Shown here: positions 8,801 through 19,731 of the stretch, one piece after another
Layout of the letters: each line of letters begins with the position of its first letter
Position numbering within the stretch: the stretch's first letter is position 1
IMG/VR virus record: IMGVR_UViG_3300025030_000111
Coordinates: 1-60,821 of that record
Source of the DNA: a virus
Taxonomy: Duplodnaviria > Caudoviricetes
DNA length: 60,821 bases
Direction: 5' to 3' (one strand)
Notes under the pieces: generated by a model
What the model was told of the DNA's origin: nothing
The model's database searches: none
Seen by the model: only the letters and a program-made list of their open reading frames with translations
Program-made: the position numbers and the translations under genes

Positions 8801-9100
8801 TTAGATTCTATGTCTCTTACCCTTGCGCAAAAGACCTAACTCCATGAGAAGTGACCCAGTTCCTAATGAGTTCTGAGGAAGACCCTCCCCCCTCAATTTC
8901 TGAAGATCGTCTATGAGTTCAGATTTTGAGAAGAGGAGTTCAGGAGTAATTAGATTTTCTATCCCCTCCAACTCTAAGATGAGATTTATAATAGTATTAG
9001 GGAGAAGATTATGGTCTTTGTGGGCCACGCCTATAATCCTAATCTTCTGCTTGCTCTGTTCAGTTAATTTCAATCCTTGAGTATCGTAAAATATGGTCAT
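8801..9100 (-). CDS. hypothetical protein
   Basis: RBS AGGAG on the minus strand; 99 aa; downstream of the RHH-like gene. Confidence 0.55.
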   Translation of the reverse strand: MTIFYDTQGLKLTEQSKQKIRIIGVAHKDHNLLPNTIINLILELEGIENLITPELLFSKSELIDDLQKLRGEGLPQNSLGTGSLLMELGLLRKGKRHRI

Positions 9101-9116
9101 AACTAGCTCCTAGCTC

Positions 9117-9137
9117 TGTGTTTCAAATTGAAACACA
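9117..9137. promoter_or_regulatory. palindromic operator-like site 1 (TGTGTTTCAA-A-TTGAAACACA)
   Basis: Perfect 10-bp arms; near-identical copy at 9379. Confidence 0.65.
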
Positions 9138-9141
9138 AGGT

Positions 9142-9345
9142 CTAATCCCAGAAAGGATCGTGTGTGTTATCGCTTTGATCCTGCGTCAATCTCGTTACCT
9201 GTTGTTCCACAACCTGGATATCATCAGATTCCAGAATGCGGTTAATGACGGCGTTAGACGAGGTTCCCCATCTTCCTGACAACCTCTCTAGCATATAGAG
9301 GGCCTTGTCAGAGAAGCGGACGCTCTTGATGTTTGGTCTTGTCAT
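9142..9345 (-). CDS. small ribbon-helix-helix (Arc/CopG-like) DNA-binding protein
   Basis: KSVRFS beta-strand, helix, then GTSSNAVINRIL; RBS AGGAGG; extended -10 TGCTATACT upstream. Confidence 0.65.
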   Translation of the reverse strand: MTRPNIKSVRFSDKALYMLERLSGRWGTSSNAVINRILESDDIQVVEQQVTRLTQDQSDNTHDPFWD

Positions 9346-9378
9346 GTCTTATACCTCCTAATAAGAGTATAGCATGGC

Positions 9379-9398
9379 TGTGTTTCAAGTTGAAACAC
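9379..9398. promoter_or_regulatory. palindromic operator-like site 2, overlapping the promoter of the RHH gene
   Basis: TGTGTTTCAA-G-TTGAAACAC, covering the -35/spacer region of the minus-strand TGCTATACT promoter. Confidence 0.65.
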
Positions 9399-9439
9399 GA
9401 AGCTAAAACATAGAGAGGACGCCGTTCTTTCTTTTTAGG

Positions 9440-9720
9440 AACTGATGTGAGTAAGTTAAAGCTCCTCGTAAGGAACCTTAGCTTGTCAAAATCCCAAGGA
9501 ATCTATATGATTCCGGCCCACTATGTCGGCTTGTAATTAGGGATAATTGGCATGATGGTTTTGAAGAGGAGAAACGGCGAAACACCTGTAGACTTGCGGG
9601 TCTACAGTATTTAGAAGATCAGAAATCTCTATTTGAGACGGCTTCGTGTTTCTAATTCTCAAGGCCAAACTTGAATGTGGTAAAGAATTGGATTGTCTGA
9701 AGGTGAGACAGGAAACTCAA
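9440..9720. ncRNA. second structured intergenic block (putative ncRNA or processing leader)
   Basis: Long-range stem GGTTTTGA..AGAAACGGCGAA / TTCGTGTTTCT..TCAAGGCC enclosing CTGTAGAC-TTGCGG-GTCTACAG; further hairpins near 9450-9515. Confidence 0.35.
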
Positions 9721-10156
9721 TAGAGACGCCAGATATTAGAAAGAAAAGGATAATCTATCTCTAGTAAGATATCCTGTGAACGAGCAGGAATAAGAATATC
9801 TTACAGGAACTAGGTTATCCTTATCTATCTCTAGAATAAGAGAGTATTCATGCGGGTTAGATATCTGTATGAATACTCTCTTTTCCTTTTCATTAGGTAT
9901 CTTATGGAAAGGAGTGAGGAACTTCCTAATTAGATCGTCTTTGTACTTTTTAATTAGGTTTGAGCATGACCAAATTAGCATAGACCGGATCATGCTGGAT
10001 CGGTTCATAGCCTCCATACAGTTTCCTAGTGGAGATTGTATAGAGGTTATAGCCTATGTGAATAGGTTTAACCTTGTAATAGAGGATAGAACTGTAGAAA
10101 ATCGGGAGTATGGGTTCTGCCCATTCTGTCGGATTAAGTAAAAGGAGGGTTAAATT

Positions 10157-13100
10157 TTGAGAATCGGCACCAGTCACTTTGTTTCGTTGGCAACAGCCGT
10201 GAACTACTACAGGGGGTACTACTGTGCGCGTAAGGATTTCATCCAGCTCCATGTGAGGCACAAAATTGAGCTGGGTGAAATCCATATTGGTCCTCCCCCT
10301 GTTAAAGAAGGAGAGACCCTCTCTGTGAATGAAGAGGGGAGATATGTACTTGAATATAAGGAGGTGAAATCATGAGTACCTATATCCTCTATACTATCGT
10401 TGCTGGGGAGATGACAGAGTTCTCTCCCCCGTTGCATTTTCATTCAATTGCCAAAGCAGAGTCTGCTCGACAACTGGAGGAACGCTTCCAGAGGACATAC
10501 CTCTGCTCCCAAGAAGATTGGGATAAACTGAAGAAGTATGAAGACGAAAGGAAGGCAAAGTATGGAAACTAACGAGTACAAACGGGCGGAATTTAACCTA
10601 ATAGGTTATAAATTTATTCCTTATTTGGAGGAGATGTACTCTAGAGAGTACAACTCTCAAAACCACGCTTGGGCCTTCCAAAAGGCTCTCTTAGAGGGGC
10701 GGATAAAAGACGCCGAGGCGATTGATAAGGAGGTTCGATATTATGTCTAACCGTTACTTCACCCGATACGATAACCTTGTAAAAGAGGAGGGGTTCTCCC
10801 AACAAGAGGCACTTGACGCTATCAACCGAAATATCTACCAAGATGGAGCCCATATCTGGAATGGAGCCTGTAACCCAGTGGCGGTTGCCAATTCCTTGGC
10901 TGAGGCCACTCACTTCATTTCCCATTATCTGGGAGGACACCCCGCCGTCAAGGAACACCCGGCCATCCGCCTCATGGTCTATCAGCTTTCCTTTGTTATC
11001 TTCGGAACGGAGTACCGGCAAGAGGATCTGGTCACTCAAGCCTCGGAACAGGTCGAAGAGTTCTTAAAAGAGAGGACGAAGGTATGAGTGAGATAGCCCA
11101 AGTTCAGGCTGAATGGATCGGTTGGGATACCTACGAGATTATCAAATCTCAAATTGAATTTCTCAAGGAGGAAGGAGATGAGGACTTCCTCGCTATGAGT
11201 GAGGCTGAACAATTTAACTATGTGGCAGGAGACCAAGACCTCTTTCAGTGGCAATGGGAAGATCTGCTGGGGGAGTTAGATGATTGGGTTGAAGAGCTGA
11301 ACCCCAATCATTGGTATACCGCCAAGGTCTTTGGTTTTGGTTGGCGGAAACTAGATGGAACGAAAGACTTCTATGCCAAAAATGCTAAGGAGTTCTTACG
11401 GGAAGTCCTGCCCGATTGTGAGTGTACCTTCAAGAGCTACCGGGAGCCTGGACTCTTGCGGATTCAGAATAGCCATCATGATGCCCCAGCCAGAGAAAGG
11501 TATGAAATCACTGCTCTTCAGGAGGAATACGATGAAACTGAAAATTGAAATCAAGCTAGATAACGCCGCTTTTGAGGACGACCCAAATGAGATTAGCAGA
11601 ATTTTACATGACATCGCAACACTGAAAAAACTGGCCTACGGTTACCCGCAACCCCGTGAACGCGAAAATGTTTACGATTTCAACGGGAACAACATAGGAT
11701 ACTGGGAGATTACAGATGAGGAGAGTTAACGTCAAAGACCTTCGGGTAGGGGACCATCTGATCAACAACGGGAAGATTACACACTTAGATATCTCCCCAA
11801 CTTACGTCCGCGTCTTTACGGCAGAGATGGGCGACCTAGCGTTTCAATTCTGGCCGCAAGAGTTTATCCAAATAGAGGAGGTAACATGACTGAATTATCA
11901 ACCAAGCGTATCAGAATCGCCTATGAGATTATTACCCCTGAATCGGCGGAACAAGGAGATGCGGAGGAACGGGGGTGGATAGATGAGGAGGGGATTGCTG
12001 TTAGCCCTGATGAGTGGGACGAAGAAATCACTGCCGCTGCCAAAACTGTCATGTTTTTGAAGAACGAGGGAGTATCAGAGCCTTCCTCCTCCGCCTTCCA
12101 TCCAGGGGTCTGGTATACCGCCTATGGGGAACAAAACTGGAGGGACGGGAGTTACAAAAATCAGAGCTATCATCTGGTTAGGTTTACTCCCGAAGAGGAA
12201 GAGGAAGTTTATAAGAGGATTACAGAAAAATGAACCAAGAAGACCTAAAAGAGGTCAGAACATACCTGACCGAAGATATCCAGCACGATCTAGCCGGTTA
12301 CTATGCTGATAAAGAAAAGGGGCCTCACCTCTATCACGCTGACCTCGTAGAAATCTTTGAGACTGTCTTGCAAGAACGAGATGAACTTCTGCCGGTGAAT
12401 TGCCGGTGGGAGTACAATATCTATGCGCGGGGGAAACAGAAGCTACTTTATGAGCTAGCTGGAAAGGAGTGTTGGGGATGAGTAGGCCAATTATCAAACA
12501 CAGTGAGGACTATCTAGGCTCTGGGAGTGTCCCCGGACGTAAAGAGAGTTGGCCTACATTGAAAAGACGAAACATCTATAAAGTTCTCTCGTTGGGGAAC
12601 GTGTTCCAAAGCCACTTCTTTGTCGATAATCTCCTTATAGAAATGGAGACGTACCGAGATGAAATACCTCCTGTGTTCAAACGAGACGGTTCTTACTACG
12701 ACCGCTACTCCGGTGTTGCTTGGTTGGAATGGCAAGGGAGAGCTTGGTTGGAGAAGAGAAAGGACGACTTCCTCTACTCCCTACAAATAGAGGATCACCG
12801 ACCCCTCATGCCTAGAGAGATTGAGGCGATTAAAACACTCCTTCGCACCAATAGATGCCCTAAAAATCTCCTCAAGTTGTACCAAACTGACTGTAGATGG
12901 AAGGAACTGAGAAACGTCAGAAGGAACACCAGATTGTTTATGATGAAGAATTTAAAGGAGTTAGGAACATGACCAAAATAGCAGAGCTGGATTTGACACG
13001 GGGCTTGATCTATGACGAGGAGGGAGGAGAACGATTAGCTAAGGCTTTCGCCTTCTCGATTGAGAAAGGAATCCTCCCCCAACTCTTACGTATTATCAAC

Positions 13101-16100
13101 CACTACAGTAAGGAGGAGGGGGATGGTTGCTACTTGAGGACGAGAATCCGCCCTTACGACCGCTCACCCTATGACATGGTGTTCTTCTATGAGCAACTCC
13201 GGTTCGATCAGGTTGAAAAAGGCTGGGTGGAGATCTTTAACGGGGGTTGGAATTTACATGGGATAGATGGGGATAACCCCCAATGGAGCAGTAACACATA
13301 AGGAAGGAGAGTTGAGTGACAGTCAAGAATAAAGGTGCCTTACTGGATTGGAAGAAGATCCGGGAACGGTTAGATTTTGAACCTGTCCAAGAAGATGAGT
13401 TCGGGAATAAGGTAAAGTGTTTATTCATCGGAACGGTGATGAACCTGACGCCCAGTGGGAAATACTACGCTCTCTTTACCTCCAATCAAACTGAGAAGGA
13501 TGTAAGGGAGGATCAGAAATGGTGGGAGAAACAAGAGAGGCAGGCTAGTCGGTACGGACTCTCAATTGATACCAATCCGGGATGTCCGACTGATGTTCTA
13601 GCGGTATTGCGTTTGAATGTAGAGGAGGAAGATGATGACTGATTGGTTTTTAATCATATCCATCGGAGAAGGAGGTAGTATCCGACACGTCGAACTTTTC
13701 GATTCTTTGAGCGAAGCCCAGACTGCCTCTAAGAAACACCACGCTCAAATATTTGGCTTCGATTACCGTGGGGTAGGAAAGCCGGTCAGATTGTCTCATC
13801 AGTTTCGAGAACCTTGCCCTGGTTGTGGGATTCCGGTAGAGCTGGAGGATTATAGCCCCGTTGCTGACTGTGACAAGTACGACGCTACGCTCTGCGACAC
13901 CTGCTACGATCGGAAGAGTCGAGGATTCAATTGGATGACCAAGGAGAAAGATGATGAGAAACCTACTGCCTGAGCTGTTTAGTTTCAATCTATATAAGTT
14001 CTCCGACGAGGTTCGTCTTTTAGATCAGTTAGGTTTAGAACAATTCAAAGTCAAAGACGACCCGTTCTTACACTCCGTTACCTACAGAATCCCGGAGACG
14101 GCCATGAAGAAATTGATGGTTCATTTGCGATCTTCCCGCCTCAAATGGAAACAGGAATTTCTTAGAGGTATTGAAGAAAGGCTTGGGGGAGAAGAAGAGG
14201 ATGAGTAAACACACTTCTGAATCTATCTCTTATCTCTATGGAGATGAGTTGGATGAGGCTGTTAAGGAACTGGCTCCGGCTGAGGGCTATACGATGAAAC
14301 CCAACCGATCCGACTGGGAGCTATTAGCTTACTGTGTCAACGAGGGAATAGATTCTCATTTGGAAGGCTTTACCAAAAGTAGCTTTGATAATCCTACTGG
14401 AGAAGTCCTGATTCACCCAGAAGAGTTACATATCTTAGTCAGGAGACTGAGTGAACTATCAGAAGGGGCTGGGAACTTTAAGGATTGTATCTTGGAGACA
14501 TTAGTTAAGGAGGAAGAATGAGCACAGAAATTCAAACAATCCCACAAAACCTATTAGACTTGGCTGACGCCCTGGAGATGAACTTACGAGGTAGTCACAA
14601 CCCCGGTAACTATGTCCTCTATGACAAAGAAGGGTTTAAGCTCTTTTTTACTACCAGTTATAACAAGAGAGAACACTGGCAAGTCTCAGTACTCTGGCAG
14701 GACGAAAATGGCGAATACATCTATCACAACTGCACAGGACTGGTAGCCGAGACCTACATCTTGAAAACTAAGGCGGCGGCACAGATGGCGAGCCAGATCA
14801 AGCGGACTCTCTTCCCTATGCGAACTTTCTTCTTGGAGCAGCTAGAATCCCATAGAAAAGAAAAGAAGAGAAAGGAGGGGGCACAACAGATCACGCAGAC
14901 CCTGGCACGTCTCTACGGGGGCTCTGTTTCCAAGTACGGGGAGGGAGATAAGTTTCACGGAATGGCAGGAGAAATCCGCTACGAGGTTCAGATATCGGGA
15001 GATGGGGCTTACAAAGTTGAGTTAAGATATCTCCCCATTCCTTTGTTACGGCAGGTTTTGGATCTTGTAAAGGAGGAAAGTCATGTCAAAATTTAATGAA
15101 TTTATTCAGGGTAAGGAGAAGGAGTACGGGGAAAGATTTGATCCCTCAGAGCTGGCTCCTCAGTTTATCCCTTTCTTTGATAGCGGAAAGAAGATCCGCG
15201 TCATGTTTAGGGGAGGGGAGGAGTTAACTGGCACGGTAGGCGTCTCTACCGGGTGGAGACCCGTCTTTCTTCTCATGCGGAGAACCAATAGTATCGGGTC
15301 TCTTCATGTCTTGAAGAGAGATACCATTATCACAGGGGTTTTGAGCGGCGGGAAAAACTACAGTGATTATTTAGGATTGAAAGGAGAGCTAGCGAGATGA
15401 AGATTATTTTTGTCAAGACGGGGGAACACCGGATTCCCAAGTGCGGGGAATGGATTTTCAATTCAGGAACAGCTAACCTTATTTGTAAAGACAACCAAAC
15501 TGATCGTCATCACGACATTGTTATGATCCTAAAAGTTGATGACGACTCCCCAATCTTGGCGGGGAGCCTGACTGAAATCCTGAGTAAAGATGCGGATCTT
15601 GTACAAAATCTGGAATATTCTCTCATTTTAAACTAAGAAAGGAGGATTAAAATGACACTTTGGAAAATAACCACACTTGAAGAAGGTGATTACGACGAGT
15701 ACGATTCCTTTGTCGTTCGGGCTCCCAATGAGACCGAAGCGCGAGAACTTGCGGCGGTCGTCGGCTCACAAAATTATGATAGGTGGAGAGATCCAACTAG
15801 GTCAAGCTGCGTCGAACTAGACCAAAATGGACGGGCTGAAGTAATTATCGGTAGCTTCAATGCAGGCTAAAGAGGCTAAATATGGAACATGACCTAATAA
15901 CCAAGGATACCCACGCGAAATATAACTTAAAGTTACTTGGGGAGGCGAACAGTCTATACTATGTTGGGGCTTGGTGGCGGGAGAAGGACACCAGAGGAAA
16001 TAAAGAGGAGAGCTTAAAATATTTGAAACTCTATTATCCTTACCAGACGGAGGAGGTCTTATTGAGGGCATTAGAAACCGTCATCGCTCATCCGCCTGAC

Positions 16101-16136
16101 TGGTTTCGTCAACCCAATACTAAAGAAAGGAAGTAA
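10157..16136 (+). CDS. array of about 20 small, translationally coupled early-type hypothetical genes (e.g. 10743-11087, 11084-11548, 11532-11729, 11886-12233, 12478-12972, 12969-13301, 13316-13642, 14518-15096, 15083-15400, 15652-15870)
   Basis: Mostly preceded by GGAGG/AAGGAG and overlapping a neighbour; acidic/aromatic 60-190 aa proteins typical of phage early regions. Confidence 0.7.
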
Positions 16137-16144
16137 AGATTAAA

Positions 16145-16798
16145 ATGTACTTTAAACTATTAGGCAGGGATGGAAAGTCCTGTAATGGAGGGAACTTTCA
16201 ATACGATCTTCCCAAACGGAGGAAGGACGGAACCTGGAAACCGGGGGAGTGGACGCCAAAAATAGAAGTGATAGAACCATGTAAATCTGGTTGGCATGGC
16301 TGTGAATTGAAAGACGCCCTGACATGGGCAAACCACTCCATGTATCTCTTGGAGTACAAAGGAGAACTTATAGATCACGGAGATAAGTTTGTCTTTCAGC
16401 AGATCCGCCTGATCCGCTCTGTAGAAGAATGGAACCCTAAGAACCTGAGACTCTTCGCCGCCGATTGCGCTGAACGGGTTATTGCGATCTATGAAAAAGA
16501 ATACCCTGAAGATCAACGGCCCCGCTTAGCGATTCAAGCAGCCCAGAAGTTCGCCCATGGTGAAATTACCCAAGAAGAATTGAACGCTGCTGGGGATGCT
16601 GCTTGGGATGCTGCTTGGGATGCTGCTAGGACTGCTGCTGGGGCTGCTGCTTGGGATGCTGCTGGGGCTGCTGCTAGGACTGCTGCTGGGGCTGCTGCTT
16701 GGGATGCTGCTTGGGATGCTGCTGGGGATGCTGCTGGGGCTGCTGAGCAAGAATGGCAAATCTCCCGCCTCAAGTTTTATTTAAAGTTGAAGGATTAG
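16145..16798 (+). CDS. phage protein with an Imm5-like helical domain and AAxx tetrapeptide repeats
   Basis: LRLFAADCAERV...D.RPRLAI.AA..FA.GEI followed by AAWD/AAGA/AART repeats; N-terminal C..GWH motif. Confidence 0.7.
   Translation: MYFKLLGRDGKSCNGGNFQYDLPKRRKDGTWKPGEWTPKIEVIEPCKSGWHGCELKDALTWANHSMYLLEYKGELIDHGDKFVFQQIRLIRSVEEWNPKNLRLFAADCAERVIAIYEKEYPEDQRPRLAIQAAQKFAHGEITQEELNAAGDAAWDAAWDAARTAAGAAAWDAAGAAARTAAGAAAWDAAWDAAGDAAGAAEQEWQISRLKFYLKLKD
16586..16741 (+). repeat. 13 x 12-bp coding tandem repeat (GCTGCTNGGNNT)
   Basis: Four unit variants: GCTGCTTGGGAT, GCTGCTGGGGCT, GCTGCTAGGACT, GCTGCTGGGGAT. Confidence 0.95.
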
Positions 16799-16801
16799 AG
16801 A

Positions 16802-17971
16802 ATGTCAAATTTAATTGCTATAGAGAAAGAGGACAACATGACGACAAGCAGCCCAGGAGAATTAGAGAAACTCCAACTATTGGCAGTAGAAACCCACCTC
16901 AACTCCCAAGTCGTGGAACGGGAAGAGGAGATCCGAGGGCTACTTCTTTCTTTACTCGCCAAGCAACATGTCCTTCTCCTTGGCCCGCCAGGTACGGGAA
17001 AGAGCCTGACCGCAAATTTATTAACCCAATCGGTTACAGATTCTAACCTGTTTGAAATCCTCATGACCCGCTTTACCAAGCCCGAAGAGGTCTTTGGACC
17101 TCCTTCCCTACCCGATCTCAAGGCCGGAAAGTACGCTTTTATCAAGGAGGGGACGATTCGCGAATCGCAAATCGCGTTCCTCGATGAGATCTTCAAGGCC
17201 AACTCGGCCATTCTAAACTCGCTCTTGAAGATCGTCAATGAAAGGGTCTTCCACAACGGGAGTTGCGGGGCGGAGAAGGTGCCTCTGATGTCCCTGATCG
17301 GAGCAAGCAACGAGCTACCACAGGGGGAGGATTTGTCGGCCCTCTTTGACCGTTTTATGTGTAAGTATCTGGTCAAGCCGGTACAAGATCAGAACAATAT
17401 CAGGAGAATGCTCCATTCCACTCCTCAGGTCGGTCCGACCATATACCTGTCTTCTTTGGAGACGCTACAAAAGCAGACCAATCAGGTCAAGACGGATACC
17501 TATCTGGATCAGCATCTTCATCTTCTCCTAAAACTACGGGGGGAGGGATTCAATATCTCTGACCGAAAGGCTAGGGAATCTCTTTCCCTTCTGAAAGCGT
17601 CGGCAGTCCTGGCGGGACGAAATCATGTCATCTTGGAAGATGCTCGAATTCTCGCCCACGTCTACTGGCAGGAACCTGACCAAGTTAAGAAATTGAAGTC
17701 CTTGATCTGGGAGTTTATCAATCCGCATGATAAATATGCTCTAGAGCAGTACGACGCCGCAACTGAAATCTTCCAGAGGGCTACCAATCCGACAGATGAC
17801 GGCAAGGTCTCGGTCGAAGAGTCTTTCAACTCGATTAGGACAATCCAGATCGAGCTGAAACAGAGAATCAGTAGTCTAACCCCGGAACAGAATCGAAAAC
17901 TTGTAGAGGTTTCTGACAAGATTCAACTCTACCGGGAGGAGTTAGTCCAGTTTATGCTGGGGAGAAAATAG
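16802..17971 (+). CDS. MoxR/RavA-family AAA+ ATPase
   Basis: Walker A GPPGTGKS; Walker B FLDEIFKANSAILNSLL; GASNELP; ALFDRF. Confidence 0.92.
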   Translation: MSNLIAIEKEDNMTTSSPGELEKLQLLAVETHLNSQVVEREEEIRGLLLSLLAKQHVLLLGPPGTGKSLTANLLTQSVTDSNLFEILMTRFTKPEEVFGPPSLPDLKAGKYAFIKEGTIRESQIAFLDEIFKANSAILNSLLKIVNERVFHNGSCGAEKVPLMSLIGASNELPQGEDLSALFDRFMCKYLVKPVQDQNNIRRMLHSTPQVGPTIYLSSLETLQKQTNQVKTDTYLDQHLHLLLKLRGEGFNISDRKARESLSLLKASAVLAGRNHVILEDARILAHVYWQEPDQVKKLKSLIWEFINPHDKYALEQYDAATEIFQRATNPTDDGKVSVEESFNSIRTIQIELKQRISSLTPEQNRKLVEVSDKIQLYREELVQFMLGRK

Positions 17972-18469
17972 ATGCGGGGCTACTGCGGAGTTGGGCTAGT
18001 CAATCCCAAACACGAGGTCAATGTCGGCCATGTTCTACGAGCAGCGGGATGCTTCCAAATCCAGTGGGTTGCTGCAACAGGAAAACGGTATAAGCGGTCA
18101 GCCACTGACACCATGTCCGCCTATCGGCACATCCCCCTGCTATCGGGAATAGATGATCTTAAAAAGATTATTCCCTTTGACTGCATACCAGTCGCAGTGG
18201 ACCTCGTAGAGGGAGCAAAAAGTGTACATAATTATGTGCATCCTGAACGCGCCTTTTATATCTTTGGACCGGAAGACGGGACACTCGGAAAGGAGGTACT
18301 GTCCTGGTGCCGGGATGTCATTTATATTCCAACGAGGGGCTGCCTTAATTTATCAGCGGCAGTCTCAATCATACTCTATGACCGGCAGCAAAAACAGGCG
18401 GGGGCCGAGTCCAGAGAAAAGTACTTCTTTAAGGAAGAAAAAATCACAAGAAGGGGAGGGTACAGGTGA
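17972..18469 (+). CDS. SpoU/TrmH-family (SPOUT) RNA methyltransferase
   Basis: NVGHVLRAAGCF, IFGPEDG and IYIP...CLNLSAAV motifs. Confidence 0.9.
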   Translation: MRGYCGVGLVNPKHEVNVGHVLRAAGCFQIQWVAATGKRYKRSATDTMSAYRHIPLLSGIDDLKKIIPFDCIPVAVDLVEGAKSVHNYVHPERAFYIFGPEDGTLGKEVLSWCRDVIYIPTRGCLNLSAAVSIILYDRQQKQAGAESREKYFFKEEKITRRGGYR

Positions 18470-18961
18470 GCAGCTATAATCTATTTTCTATCGGGGAAAT
18501 AATTGCCATTGTTCTCATTCTGGCCCTTGGCACAATCATAACACTCAGCTACGGCTGTAGTTGCAGGACTATCTATCAAGTGGATTATCAACTGTACGGA
18601 GATTTTCAGCCGGAGGAAGGATGGGTAGAATGTCGATAAAATTATTCAAAACGGTGGTGATGGTTCGGGTAGAACTAGAGCTATCTGGCCCCACCAAATA
18701 TGATGTCAACGAGTATGCCAAGAATCTCGTGCTAACCTCACTTCTCTATAAACTATCAGAGGCAAAGGCAGATATTTTAGCGGTATGTTCAGAGGAGATC
18801 AAATTAGAAGATGCGAAAGGAAGACTATCAAGCGGAGAGAAGTCTCATGTTGGAGAGGACAAAATTTAACCGGAGGCACGGCTATGTCAAAGCTCTTAGG
18901 TTTGTCCAACGAAGTCTGCTCCTGCTGAGATCCGACTATTACGGAAGGAGGGCGAGGCCCC

Positions 18962-19731
18962 ATGACAAACGAAGAATATAAAAAGTTACAGGAAGCGGGG
19001 AGAAAAGAGGTAGAGGACCGGGCTAGGGCCATAGGGGAATCCAGAGTCCTCCTTTTAAGAAGGCTGAAAGAGGCCCGGCTAGTTCTAAATACGCCGGGAA
19101 GAGAGGGATTCCAGAAACTAATATTCGATTTTGCAAATAAACGACTCATTTCGGACGATGGTACTCTAGCCTTACAGTGGCTGGTTAGACGCTTTCCAAA
19201 TGAGCCAGTAGGCTATGAAAACCAACAGACCAGCACTGGAGTGGTCATTCTAGCGGCAATCAAAGGGCCGTAGCAAAACGTCGGCATATATTTATAATTA
19301 CCGACGTTTTGCTACAAAGTACTAGAAAGGAAAGAGAAACAATGAGTAAAATAACCATTGAGAATGCAAGGATCAAATCTACAACACTAGGGGAAGCGGC
19401 AACTGACCGGGGCATGTTTAGCTACTGGCTCCATATCGAATGGGAGAGGAGCGGCTGTAGCTTTGGCGGTAAGGTACTGGACGAGAGACAATTCCCCGGA
19501 CAGGAGTGTAAAGACTACACCCGAATTGGTACAGCCTACGGGATGACCCACTTGATGAGGATTCTGGAAACGCTGGAAGTCCGGAAATGGGAGGATCTCC
19601 CCGGTACTTACCTACGCATCAAGTCGGAGGGACTGGGAGGAGGGATTACAGCTATTGGGCATATCATCAAAGATCAATGGTTTGATCCCAATGCTCTGAA
19701 ATTCTTGTTAAAGGAGAAGGGGGATGGATGA
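18962..19731 (+). CDS. two hypothetical genes (18962-19273, 19342-19731)
   Basis: ORFs with SD motifs. Confidence 0.6.
19270..19315. repeat. perfect 15-bp inverted repeat with an AT-rich 16-nt loop containing TATAAT
   Basis: GTAGCAAAACGTCGG-CATATATTTATAATTA-CCGACGTTTTGCTAC. Confidence 0.85.

Noticed and set aside
9117-9398. CRISPR mini-array, suggested by GTTTCAA...TTGAAAC
   Set aside because: Only two ~20-bp palindromes, 262 bp apart with a gene between them; no spacer-sized periodicity and no cas genes
9440-9620. Hammerhead ribozyme (CTGATG... and CGAAAC followed by a stem)
   Set aside because: No properly placed CUGANGA core with stem II, and the GAAAC segment is better explained as part of an extended stem
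9736-10141. Overlapping opposite-strand ORFs 9736-10017 (-) and 9869-10141 (+)
   Set aside because: Neither has a clear RBS or motif; I cannot decide which, if either, is real
16586-16741. Diversity-generating retroelement or CRISPR-like repeat
   Set aside because: Simple in-frame 12-bp tandem repeat; no reverse transcriptase or TR/VR pair in the window
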